From: an uncultured Solirubrobacterales bacterium
Lineage (GTDB): Bacteria; Actinomycetota; Thermoleophilia; Solirubrobacterales; 70-9
DNA length: 64,000 bases
Direction: 5' to 3'
NCBI GenBank assembly: GCA_963800705.1
Contig: CAWDBV010000002.1
Coordinates: 632,070-696,069, forward strand
In this document: positions 35,968 to 46,519 of the stretch, piece by piece
Layout: each line of letters starts with the position of its first letter
Position numbering within the stretch: the first letter of the stretch is position 1
Notes under the pieces: generated by a model
The model's input: the letters and a program-made list of their open reading frames with translations, nothing else
Databases searched by the model: none
Told to the model about the DNA's origin: nothing
Translations under genes and position numbers: made by a program

Positions 35968-38731
35968 TCACCCGCTGCGCAGCGCGATCATCGGATCGAC
36001 CCGCGTGGCCCGCACCGCCGGGAACCAGCAGGCCAGGAAGGCCACCGCCAGCAGCGCCGTCGCCGCCAGCAGCAAGGTGGCGGGGTCGCCGGTCCGCACG
36101 CCGTAGAGCTGGCTCTCGACAATCTCCGCCAGGGCCAGCGCGGCGAGGGCTCCCAGCACCACGCCGGCCGCGACGAGCCGCAGGCCCAGGGACACGACCA
36201 TCCGCCGCACCCGGGTTGTCTGCGCGCCGAGCGCCATGCGGATGCCGATCTCCAGCGTCCGCTGGGCGACCGACCAGGCCAGCACGCCGTACAGGCCGAT
36301 CACCGCCAGGAGCACCGCCACGAGGCCGAAGAAGCTCAGCAAGCGGGCCATCAGCGCCTCCGCCGCCATGGTCTGCCGGGCCTGCGCCACCTGGGTGGTC
36401 ACCGCCGAGAGGGGCAGCCCAGGCGCCAGCTCCTGCACCTCCCGGCGGATCGCGGGCACCAGGGCCTCCGGCGGTCCCGCCACCCGGACGGCGAAGGACA
36501 TCTCGCCGGCGGCCTCCAGGTGTTGCCGCCAGGGGAGGAACAGGAGCGGGGCAATCGTCCTGCGCTGGAAGTTGTACTTGCTGTCGGCCACGATCCCGAC
36601 GATCTCGAGCGGGCGCCCGAAGTCGCCGTCCAGCCCCAGCCGCTGGCCAATCGCGTCCCCGTCCGGGAAGTGGCGGCGGGCGAGGGTCTGGTTCACCAGG
36701 ACCACCTTGGGCGCCCCCTCCCGGTCCCGGGGCGAAAAGCCGCGCCCCCGGAGCAGCGGGATCTGCAAGGTCGCCAGATAGTTCTCGCGGACCACCTGGA
36801 GGTGGGTGCTGTGGTGGCGGACGGAGCCCGGGGTCTCGCCGGGCAAGACGAGCGTCTCGGTGGACCCGTTGCGGCTCAGCAGGCGGACCCGTCCGAAGGT
36901 GGCCGCCTGCACCCCGGGCAGGGCGTCGAGCCGGGCGAACAGCCGCTCGTAGAAGGGCTCGAGGCTGGCCCCCCGATGGCCCAGGCTCTCGGGCCGCAGG
37001 CTGAAGAGCAGCAGGTCATTCTGGTTGAAGCCGACGTCGACCGCCTGCAGGTTGCGGACGGTGCGCAGAAACAGGATGGCCCCCACCAGCAGCACCAGCG
37101 ACATCGCCACCTGCACGACGACGAGCGCCTTGCTCAGCCGGGAACGCTCCACGCCCCCGGCCGCCCGGCTGCCCTGCTTGATGGCGGTGCCGAGGTCGAC
37201 GCGCGTCGAGCGGAGCGCCGGCGCCAGGCCGGAAAGGACCACGGTGATCAGCGAGACGGCGAGGGAGAACCCGAGCACCCGTCCGTTCAGCCCGTACGCC
37301 ACGTCGCCGGGAAACAGGCCGTCGCCGCTGGCCGCGAGCAGCGCCTGGCCGGCCAGGGCCAGCGCGACGCCAGCGGCGCCCCCCAGGACCGACAGCAGGA
37401 GGCTCTCGGTCAGCAGCTGGCGCACCAGCCTTCCGCGGCCGGCGCCGAGGGCGCTCCGCACCGTCACCTCCACCCGGCGGGCGGCCGCGCGCGCCAGCTG
37501 CAGGTTGGTCAGGTTGGCGCAGGAGATGAGCAACACCAGCGCGACAACCCCGAACAGCCGGTAGATCGTGGCGGCGTAGCCCCGCCGGCTCTCCAGCATG
37601 CCCACCCTGCCCGGATGGGCGATCAGGACGGGATGGTCGACCGGCGCCAGCGTGGCCGGCTGGTCGCTGCGGGGGGGCGGCATCAGCTGCAGCGCCAGCG
37701 CCTGGAACACGCCTGCGAGGCTCTGCCGCGCCTGCTCGACGGTGGCGCCCGGCTGCAAGCGCCCCATGAGGTGCAACCACCAGGCGCCGCTCCGGCCGTC
37801 GCGCGGCTGCCAGTGGGAGCGTGCGGGCGCCAGCCGCGGCTCCATGGACACGGTCACGAAGACGACCGGCCGCGAATCGAGCTGCATCGTTCCCCGGAAC
37901 TCCGGCGGCGCCACCCCCACGATGGTGAAGGGGACCGCGTTGATGGCGATCGTCTCGCCCAGGACCCCCGGATCGCCGCCCAGCCGCGCTTGCCAGTAGT
38001 CGAAGCCGATCACCGCCGCGGGCGGCGCATCCGCCCGATCGTCCGCCTCGCCCAGCAGGCGCCCCAGCGCGGCCGTCACGCCGAGGGCCGTGAAATAGCC
38101 ACCGGAGGCGTATTGCCCGTCGGCGACCTCGGCCTGACCGCCGACGAGCAGGTTGGCCTTGCGGAGCTCGGCGAAGGCGAACACCGCCTGGAGGGCGGGC
38201 GACTTGTCGCGCAAGGTCTGGAAGATCCGGCTGTGAAACGACGAGCTGCCGCGGCGGCCGGCCCGGCCCAGGAAGCTCCAGCCGTCCGTGCCGCTGCTCC
38301 GGAAGGCGTCCCCCGCCTCCCACTCGAACAGCACCAGGCGGTCCGGCTCTTTCACCGGGAGGGTGCTCAGCAGCAGGGCATCGGCGACGCTGAAGAGGGC
38401 GGTGCTGGCGCCGATCCCCAGCGCCAGCGACAGCACGGCCACCGCCGTGAAGCCGGGGGACTTCCTCAGCAGGCGCGCGCCGTGGCGCAGGTCCTGCCAG
38501 GCCTGCTCCAGCACCCGCAGGCCCCGCACCTCTCGCGCCGCCTCCTTCATCTGCTCGACCCCGCCGAAGCTCAGCAGCGCCGCCCGCCGGGCCTCCCGGT
38601 CGCTCATGCCGGCCGCCAAGTTGCGTTCTATCTCCCGGTCGAGGTGAAAGCGAAGCTCCTCGTCCAGCTCGCTTTCCACGAATCTGCCGCCGGAACAGCG
38701 CTCGAAGAAGACCTTTCAACCTGCGCCACAT
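35968..38731 (-). CDS. ADOP-family duplicated FtsX/MacB-type ABC permease, 1 frameshift near 38685
   Basis: The prefix MWRRLKGLLRALFRR (ATG 38731) is one frame off from ESELDEELRFHLDREIERNLAAGMSDREARRAALLSFGGVEQMKE..LRKSPGFTAVAVLSLALGIGA. Two FtsX halves follow. Confidence 0.8.
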
Positions 38732-38868
38732 CTTGGCCCGCTCCCCGCGGGGCTCTCCCCACGACATTCGACAAGAGCGACCCTACCGACCCTCCTGTCG
38801 AATGTCAACACAAGCCGCGCGCGCCCGCCGGATGCCCGGAGGTGCCCCGGCGTCGTCGGATCCAGGGC

Positions 38869-39287
38869 ATGGGCATCGTGCATCGGATCTGTCCCCTGTG
38901 CGAAGCGACCTGCGGACTGGCCATCGACATCGAAGCGGGCGAGGTGCGCGGCATCCGCGGCGATCCGCAGATCCCTTCTCGCGCGGCTTCCTCTGCCCGA
39001 AGGCGTACGGGCTCAAGGCCCTCCAGGAGGATCCGGAGCGCCTGCGCGCGCCGCTGGTTCGCCGCGCCGGCGAGCTGACGGCGCCCGTCCAGCTCACCGA
39101 GGACATCATGTGCGGCGTCGTCTCGCTGCCCCACGGCTTCGGCCACGACCGCCCCGGCACCCGCATGACCGTCGCCGCCGCCCACGCCGGCGCCAACGTG
39201 AACCTGCTCTCCGACGCCGCCACCCGCGACGCCCCCTCCGGCAACGCCGCCCTCAACGCCGTCCCCGTGACGGTCGTCCCCGCCTAG
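38869..39287 (+). pseudogene. Molybdopterin oxidoreductase remnant (N-terminal Fe-S motif joined to C-terminal about 60 aa)
   Basis: MGIVHRICPLCEATCGLAIDIEAGEVRGIRGD, then after a frame change DPFSRGFLCPKAYGLKALQEDPERLRAPLVRRAGELTAPVQLTEDIMCGVVSLPHGFGH...NAVPVTVVPA. The catalytic body of about 600 aa is absent. Confidence 0.7.
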
Positions 39288-39387
39288 GCGCCAGCGCTTT
39301 CCAGATAGCCGCCCCGCATCCCGCTCCGGGAACCCGGTCGTCACTCGGGCAAGCCGCCCACGTCCCGAGCCTCGGCCGCCCGCCGAC

Positions 39388-39512
39388 CGTTCGCCCTCTC
39401 CCGTCTGCGGGAGAGGGTGGGGGTGAGGTCCGGCCGCCGGCTGGTGGGAGGAGCCCGGACCCTCACCCGGCGCGCAGACGCGCCGACCTCTCCCGCAGAC
39501 GGGAGAGGTGAT
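39388..39512. repeat. REP-like composite palindromic element, full copy C
   Basis: Perfect hairpins at 39394-39417 (ccctctccc-gtctgc-gggagaggg) and 39487-39508 (cctctccc-gcagac-gggagagg). Between them lies the inverted repeat gtgaggtccgg...ccggaccctcac. Confidence 0.8.
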
Positions 39513-39536
39513 GAGCAGCGCGGCCTTCTCTGCCCC

Positions 39537-40094
39537 TCACTTCCCGCGGGTGTTTCGCCGGGTGGGCGAGAGCTTTCGGCGCTTCGTGGCGCGCCCAATC
39601 TTGCTGCCCGCCTTGGCCCGGTTGCGGGAGCCTCGGGTCGACTTGCGCGACGGGCGGTCGGCGGGCTCCTCCAGGGTGACGGTCATGCCGTGCGTGCGGG
39701 CCTTGATGGTGCGGCGAGCGGGCCGGGAGGCCGGCGCCGGGGCGGGGGCCCGCGGCGCGGAGCGCCCCCTTGCCGGGAGCCGCGAGGGCGGCGGGGTCTT
39801 GCCGCTCCGACGTTCGACGGCTCGCTTCAGCGAGCGCCGCAGGCGGGGCGTGGCCAGCGCGATGGCGTGCTCCGGGCTGCGGCCGCGCTGCTCGACGAGG
39901 ACGCTGTCCTGGCCGCTGAGGATGATCCGGGCCCGGCAGCGGGTATCGATCCCGCCCCGCGGGCCGTTCATGTCGTCGAAGCGCAGGGAAACCCGCTCGA
40001 TGCGCGTCGCCATGGGCTGGAGCGCGCGACCGAGGTGGGTCCGGATGCGGCGCCTGGCCGCATCGTCGATGCCCACGTTTCCGCGGATGGACAT
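39537..40094 (-). CDS. HPF/RaiA-family ribosome-associated protein with long basic C-terminal tail
   Basis: MSIRGNVGIDDAARRRIRTHLGRALQPMATRIERVSLRFDDMNGPRGGIDTRCRARIIL, followed by an R/K/P-rich tail of about 90 aa. An alternative start is at 40169. Confidence 0.6.
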   Translation of the reverse strand: MSIRGNVGIDDAARRRIRTHLGRALQPMATRIERVSLRFDDMNGPRGGIDTRCRARIILSGQDSVLVEQRGRSPEHAIALATPRLRRSLKRAVERRSGKTPPPSRLPARGRSAPRAPAPAPASRPARRTIKARTHGMTVTLEEPADRPSRKSTRGSRNRAKAGSKIGRATKRRKLSPTRRNTRGK

Positions 40095-40288
40095 GGGCGT
40101 TTCGCGAACGCCGGTCCGACCGGCGGTGCGTTTGTCGGGTCTGAGGACCACGGGGGGAAGGGCGGCCATGCCTCTTTCACCATGGAGCCGGGCCAGCGCG
40201 CGAGCCGGGCTTTCGACGGATAAAACGGCGGATCCTGGTCAGCCCCGTCGTCAGCGAGCCGACGACCGCGGAGGCGCGCGGGTCGGCC

Positions 40289-41134
40289 TCAGCTTCCCAG
40301 CAGAAACTCCCGCACCACCCGGATCTGGTCCGCGTGAATCAACGTCGGCGCGTGGCCGACGCCCGGCCATCTCCACCACCTTCGCTGCCGGCCCGCGCCG
40401 GGACATCTTCTGCGCGGTCTCCCGGGTCAGGAGAATCCGAGCGCTCGCCCCGCAAGACGAGGGTCGGACAGCGGATGCTGTCGTAGAGGCTCCAGAGCTC
40501 GACGTCTCGGCTCGGAGGCTTCGCGGTGAACGCCATGGCCAGCGCGGGGTCGTAGTGCATGCGCAGGGAGCCGTCCGGATTTTTCCGGACGACGTGTTCG
40601 GTCAGGAAGCGCCACTCGGCATCGGAGTGTGGGCCGAACGGCGCGTTCACGGCGCGGACGTAGGCCTCGGCCGCCTCGATGGTCGGCAGCGGCGGCCACT
40701 TGCCGACGTAGGCGCCGATGCGGGCGAGCGACGGCGCCGCCAGCACCGGCCCGACGTCGTTCAGCACCAGCTTCTTCACGGGCGAATCGGGCAACGCCGC
40801 CAGGGTCATGCCGATCAGGCCGCCCAGCGAAGTGCCGACCCAGGTCACGCTCTCCACATCCAGGCGCGCGATCAGCGCCACCATGTCGCCGAGGTAGACC
40901 GGCACCTGGTACTCCATCGGGTTCTTCAACCAGTCCGAATCGCCGCGGCCGGGCAGGTCGGGGCAGACGACGCGGTAGTGCGGGGCAAGCTCCCGGGCGA
41001 GGAAGTCGAAGTCGCGGGCGCAGCGGGTGAGGCCGTGCACGCAGATGAGCACGCTGCGGATTGTCGCGCGCTCCCCACTCGACATAGGCCATGCGGTGCA
41101 GCCCGGTCGGGCTCGAGCACTGCACCTTGCGCAT
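40289..41134 (-). pseudogene. Alpha/beta-fold hydrolase, about 3 frameshifts
   Basis: MRKVQCSSPTGLHRMAYVEWG / VLICVHGLTRCARDFDFLA..WVGTSLGGLIG (nucleophile elbow) / LTRETAQKM / GHAPTLIHADQIRVVREFLLGS, with a stop at 40289-91. Confidence 0.65.
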
Positions 41135-41149
41135 GCCGGAAGGGAGCGC

Positions 41150-42125
41150 TCATCGCCAGGCCGCCACGATTCGCTGAATTCCGAGCCAGCCGAGCCGCGA
41201 GGGTCCCGCTCGCCGCGCGTGCTCCCCGAAGAAGCGGAGCATCTCGCTCGAAGCGTCGGGGCCCAGGGGATCGGTGTACGAGCCGGCCGCGTCGCCCCCC
41301 GACCAGGCGTGTCCGCTGCCGTGGACCACCCAGTGCTCGGCATCGATGCGGCCGGCGGTGTCGTGGTGCACGGTGCGCGTGTAGGCGCGTCCCCCGGGCA
41401 CCACCCCGCGGATCGTCCGGGTGGCGGGCGAGGTGCCGCGGGTGCGCGCGATGAGCTCCTCGCCGTTTTTCGGGTGTACGGTGGCGTCCTGGTCCCCGTG
41501 GAAGACGATGGTCGGCACGGTGGCGCCCGGCTCGCCGCTCCCGCCGGCCCGGCCTCTCGCGGGCCCCCGCTTCATCGCCACCAGGGCCGAGACGAGGTTC
41601 GAGGCCACCGCGTGCGGCAGTCCGGAGTGGATGCCGGCGGCGGCGAACAGCTCGGGGTGCGTGGTCGCCAGGATGGCCGCCATCGCACCGCCCGCCGACA
41701 GCCCGGCCACGTAGACCCGCCCGGGGTCGATGGGGTGGCTCGCGATGATCTCGCGGGTCAGGGCGGCGAGGATCGAGGGCTCGCCTCTGTCACGCTGCTG
41801 GTGCACCGCTTCGAACCAGGTCCAGCATCCCAGGCGATTGGCCCGCCGGTCCTGTCCCGGGTAGAGCACGAAGCAGCCGCACCCCTGCCCGCGCACGTGC
41901 ATGCGGGTGCCGGCGGCAAAGTCGTCCGGGCTCTGCTGGCAGCCGTGCAGCATCACCACGAGTGGCCGGGCACCCCGATGGCGCCGGCCGGGCCGGTACA
42001 GGCGGTAGCTGCGCGTGCCGCTGCTGTTGCCGCCGCTGCCCTCGACGACGCGCCGGTGCGCCGTCGTGAAGCCACCCGGTCAGGTCCGGCAGCCGTCGGC
42101 GCAGGTGCGGCCAGAGCTCAGCCAC
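41150..42125 (-). CDS. PHB-depolymerase-family esterase, 1 frameshift near 42075
   Basis: PLVVMLHGCQQSPDDFAAGTRM..VYVAGLSAGGAMAA..IVFHGDQDATV..HGSGHAWSGG. Confidence 0.75.
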
Positions 42126-42191
42126 GGATGATCCTTTCGTGCAGGCAGGCCGGGCGCCCCCCGACAGTGAGCTCCCGCAGCGGGTTGCCCG

Positions 42192-43452
42192 CTAGTCGTA
42201 GTCCACGCTGTCGACCGAGACCGAGATAGTCATCCCCTTCTTGAGCGGGTAGTAGCAACTCGCCGTGAGCTCGACTTCGTCGAACATGCAGCCGGCCACG
42301 GGCAACGGGGGGACCCGCACGACCGTGACCGCGAAGCGGTAGCAGGTGCGCTGTTTTCTCGAGATCGGGGTCGGGCTGGCGGCGGCGCGCGGCGCGGCTG
42401 AGGGCCTCGACGGCCGCCTGGTCCACCTCGTCGTTGTACGAGCTCTGGCCCAGCTCCACCCGCGGTGGGGCGCCCGGCGCGACGACCAGGCAGACCTGCG
42501 AGGCGATGGCCTCCGCACCCTTGCGGTTCCCTTCGAGGATGCGGTTGTAGTGCTCGAGGATGTCGGGCACGCCGCGCCGGTCGGGATCGTCGGCCTGCGG
42601 CCGGGTGCGCAGGTCGTCGAGCTCCCGCCGCCAGCTCCGGTACGCCTCCCGCAGGCCACCACCCCACTGCTTCACGCTGTTTCGCACGTTGTTCGGCGTG
42701 CGCGGATCCAGGTCCACCGTGCCCGGGTCCGGCGCGAACACCTTGCGCGCGTCCCGCATGTAGTCGAACACCTGCGGGTGCACCTTGCCCGCCGCCACGT
42801 TGCGCCGCGCCCCATCCTGCCGCACGCGCGCCGCCAGCCGCTCACCAAACGTGGACGGCCTCGGCGGCGGAGGTGGCGCCGGCACGCCGGCAGCCTCCGG
42901 CCGGTCGAGAACCCCCCGGTCGGTGAGGCGATCGATCGCCCGGAAGTCGAGCGCCAGCGAAACCGGCGGGCGCCCGCGGGGAGCGGGCGGGGGGCCCGGC
43001 GGCGGGACCGCGCCGGGCTCGGCGGTGGCGGGCGGCGGCGGGCCGACCGGGGCGGTCTTCGGCCCCGGCGGCGGCCTGTCGGGCGTCCGCCGGCGGGAGG
43101 AGTCGAGCGCACGCGCAGGCGGCGCGACCGGCGCGGGTCCCGGCTCCGGCGCGCGGGCGGATGGGGTCTCCACCAGCTCCACCTCCAGCGGTGGCTCCGC
43201 CGGCGGTGAAGGCTGGCTGACCGGCCGCCACAGATCGGGCCGGGCGAGCAGCATCGCGGCCAGTCCGTGGACGGCAACCGAGATCGCCAGCGGCAGCGAG
43301 CGCGATGCTGGGACCGACCGGCGCATGCGCGAGGACCTGGATCGAGTATAGGCTGCCCCCGAGCGGGGTTTGGGTTTCCGCCGGCGTGATCCCGCCCCGG
43401 AGACGTCGTTCGAGACCGATCGCGTCGAAGCCGCTGGCGGGTCGTTCGCCAT
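42192..43452 (-). CDS. Proline-rich membrane-anchored protein (TonB-like architecture), 1 frameshift near 42350
   Basis: TM LPLAISVAVHGLAAMLLA and a long P-rich linker. The C-terminal domain finishes in the frame of ORF 42192..42662 (CYRFAVTVVRVPPLPVAGCMFDEVELTASCYYPLKKG). Confidence 0.45.
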
Positions 43453-43479
43453 CGCTTTCGCGGGTGCTACCGTGGCGGG

Positions 43480-43860
43480 ATGTCGCTAGACGAGACCGAC
43501 TTCGACAGGATCGACCGCATCGTCCGGTTTGCCATCCGCGCAACGCTGGAGGCGGAGCTGGGCGAAGCACCCGAGGTGGCCCTCGCCGGCCGGTGGGACG
43601 GCGGAAAGCTGGTGCTCGTTCCCCGCGAGAGCGGCCTGGCCGCCAAGGAGATCCCGCTCGAGACGTTCTTTCACAAGATCGTCATGGTCCGGGACCGCCT
43701 GCGCGTCCTGGAGCAACGGCTCAACGCGCACGCCGGCCTGAGCGACGAGGACAAGGTCGAGCTGCAGCAATACATCACCCGCTGCTACGGCTCTCTCACC
43801 AGCTTCAACATCCTCTTCAAGGACAAGGAAGACCAGTTCACCACCGAGGGGAAGGAATGA
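43480..43860 (+). CDS. Hypothetical protein
   Basis: 126-aa ORF with balanced, non-repetitive composition. No family recognised. Confidence 0.5.
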   Translation: MSLDETDFDRIDRIVRFAIRATLEAELGEAPEVALAGRWDGGKLVLVPRESGLAAKEIPLETFFHKIVMVRDRLRVLEQRLNAHAGLSDEDKVELQQYITRCYGSLTSFNILFKDKEDQFTTEGKE

Positions 43861-43870
43861 AGCGCCCGCC

Positions 43871-44767
43871 TCACGACCGGGGCCGGACCAGGGGCTCCAG
43901 GGCCTCGGCGAGCCGGCGCGTGTAGATCACCGCGCCTTCGGGCGTGAGGTGGACGTCGTCGGCGTAGTGCCCGGCTCCCAGCTCGGGCACGCGACCACGC
44001 AGGTCGAGCAGGGTCATGCCCGCCGCCTCGATCCGGCGGGCGCTCTCGGCCGGGATGGGGTAGGCCCTCGGGGTGGGGTAGGCGACGAACACGAGGCGGC
44101 TTCCGTGGGCGCGCGCCGCCGCCAGCAGCCGATCGAGCGCGCGGTAGGAGCGGGGGCCGCTGGCGGGCAGAGCGCCCTTGCGCAGGTGGCTGCTGTTCGC
44201 CTGGTTGACGGCGGCGGCGAAGCTCTTGTAGTCGGGGACCGCGACGCCCAGCGCCCGCTCGCGCATGCGCGCGCGCCAGGCGAAGGTCACCCACCCCGAC
44301 GCGACCATGAACTCGAGGCGATCGCCCAGGGTCGGCAGGTCCACGTCCAGCACCGTGGGCCAGTCCGCCGTCTCGGTGAGCATCTGGGCCATCCGGCCGA
44401 TCTCGATTGTGTTGCCGTCCTCGATGTCGTCCTCGTAGAACGTCACGACGTACAGGTCGGCGCGGGCGCCCGGCCGCCAGAAGTAGCGGTTGAGGATGTG
44501 GTACCAGTCGTTGATGCGGGAGGCGTCGGCGACGAACTTCCGCGCCTCGAGCGGGTGACCCAGCGAGCCCCCAATCTGCCCGGAGAGGAGGGCCTCCTGC
44601 ACGCCCAGATCCGTCGCCGAGTTCCCCACGAGCGCGAGCCGGAAGGCGGGCGCGCGCTCGAGGGCACGCGCCACCTCCGGGTAGGAGCGAAACCGGCGCA
44701 GATCGCGGGAGGCGTCCACCAGGATGACCCGCGACACCGCCTCGAGCCCGAGCAGCAGGGCCGCCAC
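43871..44767 (-). CDS. SGNH/GDSL-like hydrolase partner of MBOAT (AlgJ/X- or DltD-like role)
   Basis: It lies directly downstream of the MBOAT gene. An N-terminal TM is followed by LALVGNSATD (block I-like GNS). The C-terminal DDVHLTPEGA is a DxxH block V-like motif. Confidence 0.6.
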   Translation of the reverse strand: MAALLLGLEAVSRVILVDASRDLRRFRSYPEVARALERAPAFRLALVGNSATDLGVQEALLSGQIGGSLGHPLEARKFVADASRINDWYHILNRYFWRPGARADLYVVTFYEDDIEDGNTIEIGRMAQMLTETADWPTVLDVDLPTLGDRLEFMVASGWVTFAWRARMRERALGVAVPDYKSFAAAVNQANSSHLRKGALPASGPRSYRALDRLLAAARAHGSRLVFVAYPTPRAYPIPAESARRIEAAGMTLLDLRGRVPELGAGHYADDVHLTPEGAVIYTRRLAEALEPLVRPRS

Positions 44768-44830
44768 GCAGCCGGCGACGATCAGGGCCGCCCGCCGCGA
44801 CCCGACCGCAGGCCCGGGCGGAGGGGGGGC

Positions 44831-46489
44831 TCAGAACTGGAAGTAGATGAAGTCAACGGCTTGCTCCGCGTGAAAGACCAGCAGCATCAGCACGACGTAG
44901 GCGTAGGCCAGGCCGCGCGCCGGCGCGCGCAGGGCGAGGAAGCGATCGAGGCGGCGCTCGCCGCCCATCACCTGCTCCAGCACGAGCAGGGGGGCCGCCA
45001 GCAGCGCCATGAAGGCCAGCGCCGAGATCACGGCGGGCGTCACCGTGAAGTCCGTGACCATGAGGCGCAACATGGCCAGCGCCGAGCCGAAGCTGTCGGC
45101 GCGAAACAGCAGCCAGCCCAGGCAGGTGAGGTGGAACATGAGCACGACGCGCCCGGCGCGCCGGAGCGCCAGCGCCCGACCCTCGGGCGGCACCACGTCG
45201 GGGATGCCGAGGGCGCGGAAGGCCGCCAGCAGGAGCCCGTGGTAGAGCCCCCAGGCCACGAACGTCCAGCTCGCTCCGTGCCACAGCCCGCCCAGCAGCA
45301 TGGTGAGGATCAGGTTGCGGTACTGGCGGGCCGGTCCGCCCCGGTTGCCCCCCAGCGGGATGTAGAGGTAGTCCCGCAGCCAGGACGACAGGCTGATGTG
45401 CCAGCGCCGCCAGAAGTCGCTGGGGCTCTGGGCCGAGTAGGGCAGGTCGAAGTTGATGATCAGCTCGTAGCCGAAGAACTTCGAGACCCCCCGCGCGATC
45501 GAGGAGTAGCCCGAGAAGTCCCCGTAGATCTGGAAGGCGAAGGCGTAGAGCGCCACCAGCGCCTCGGGCCCCGTCAGGCCAGCGGCGGTCCCGTCCTCGA
45601 AGCGGAAGAACACGGCGTTGGCGAGGGCCGCCATGTTGTCGGCGATGACGACCTTCTTGAACAGGCCGAGCGCGATGAGAAAGGTGCCCTCGGCGATCGC
45701 GCCGGGCGCGAGCGTGCGCGGCCCCGTCACCTGGGGCAGCAGGGTGTGGGCCCGCATGATGGGGCCCGCCACCAGGTGGGGGAAGAAGCAGACGAACAGG
45801 GCGAAGTCGGGAAAGCTCGTCGTCGGTTTGCACCCGCCCCGGTAGATGTCGATGGTGTAGCTCATGGCCTGGAACGTGTAGAAGCTGATGCCCGCGGGCA
45901 GCAGCAGGCCGAGCGTGCGCGGCGAGGCGTGCAGGCCGAAGAGCCCCAGCAGCTGGGCGAAGCTGGTGGCGAAGAAGTCGAAGTACTTGAAGAAGCCCAG
46001 GATGGCCAGGTTGGCCACCATGCTGATGACGAGGAAGGTCTTGCGCCGCCGCGCTTCGGGGAGGCGGTAGAGGTAGGGCAGGGCGCCGCCGTACCCCAGC
46101 ACGGCGGCGAGCGTGCCGAGCGGGACCAGGAGGTCGCGCCAGGCCCGGGGCAGGGCGGCCGCCGCGCGCGCCCGGTCGCCCGCGAGCAGGCCCGCGGCCA
46201 GCTCGCCGTATGAGATCCCGCTCGTGAGCAGGAGCGCGCTGGCCACCAGCAAGGCCCCCAGCAGGCGCAGCTCCCGTCGCGGCAGCGCGGTCCCCGCCAC
46301 GCCGAGGCCCCCGATGTAGTCGACCACCGTCGAGATGAGGATCAGGTAGAGGAAGCGGTAGTCCCAGCAACCGTAAAAGGCGTAGCTCGCCAGGAGCATC
46401 AGCCGGTTCTGGCCACGGTGGGAGAGCCGCCAGTAGAGGACCAGCAGCGCGGAGAAGAACAGCCAGAAGACGAACGTGTTGTAGTTCAA
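44831..46489 (-). CDS. MBOAT-family O-acyltransferase (AlgI/DltB/PatA-like)
   Basis: 552-aa polytopic ORF with FWRRWHISLSSWLRDYLYIPLGGNR, the conserved MBOAT His region. Confidence 0.85.
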   Translation of the reverse strand: MNYNTFVFWLFFSALLVLYWRLSHRGQNRLMLLASYAFYGCWDYRFLYLILISTVVDYIGGLGVAGTALPRRELRLLGALLVASALLLTSGISYGELAAGLLAGDRARAAAALPRAWRDLLVPLGTLAAVLGYGGALPYLYRLPEARRRKTFLVISMVANLAILGFFKYFDFFATSFAQLLGLFGLHASPRTLGLLLPAGISFYTFQAMSYTIDIYRGGCKPTTSFPDFALFVCFFPHLVAGPIMRAHTLLPQVTGPRTLAPGAIAEGTFLIALGLFKKVVIADNMAALANAVFFRFEDGTAAGLTGPEALVALYAFAFQIYGDFSGYSSIARGVSKFFGYELIINFDLPYSAQSPSDFWRRWHISLSSWLRDYLYIPLGGNRGGPARQYRNLILTMLLGGLWHGASWTFVAWGLYHGLLLAAFRALGIPDVVPPEGRALALRRAGRVVLMFHLTCLGWLLFRADSFGSALAMLRLMVTDFTVTPAVISALAFMALLAAPLLVLEQVMGGERRLDRFLALRAPARGLAYAYVVLMLLVFHAEQAVDFIYFQF

Positions 46490-46519
46490 CGCGTTCCTCG
46501 CAGACGGACGACACCCGTT

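Noticed and set aside
35203-39078. 1291-aa plus-strand ORF
   Set aside because: It is antisense to the well-supported ADOP permease and has an R/G/P/Q-rich low-complexity translation. Only its last ~70 aa (the molybdopterin oxidoreductase N-terminus) are real.
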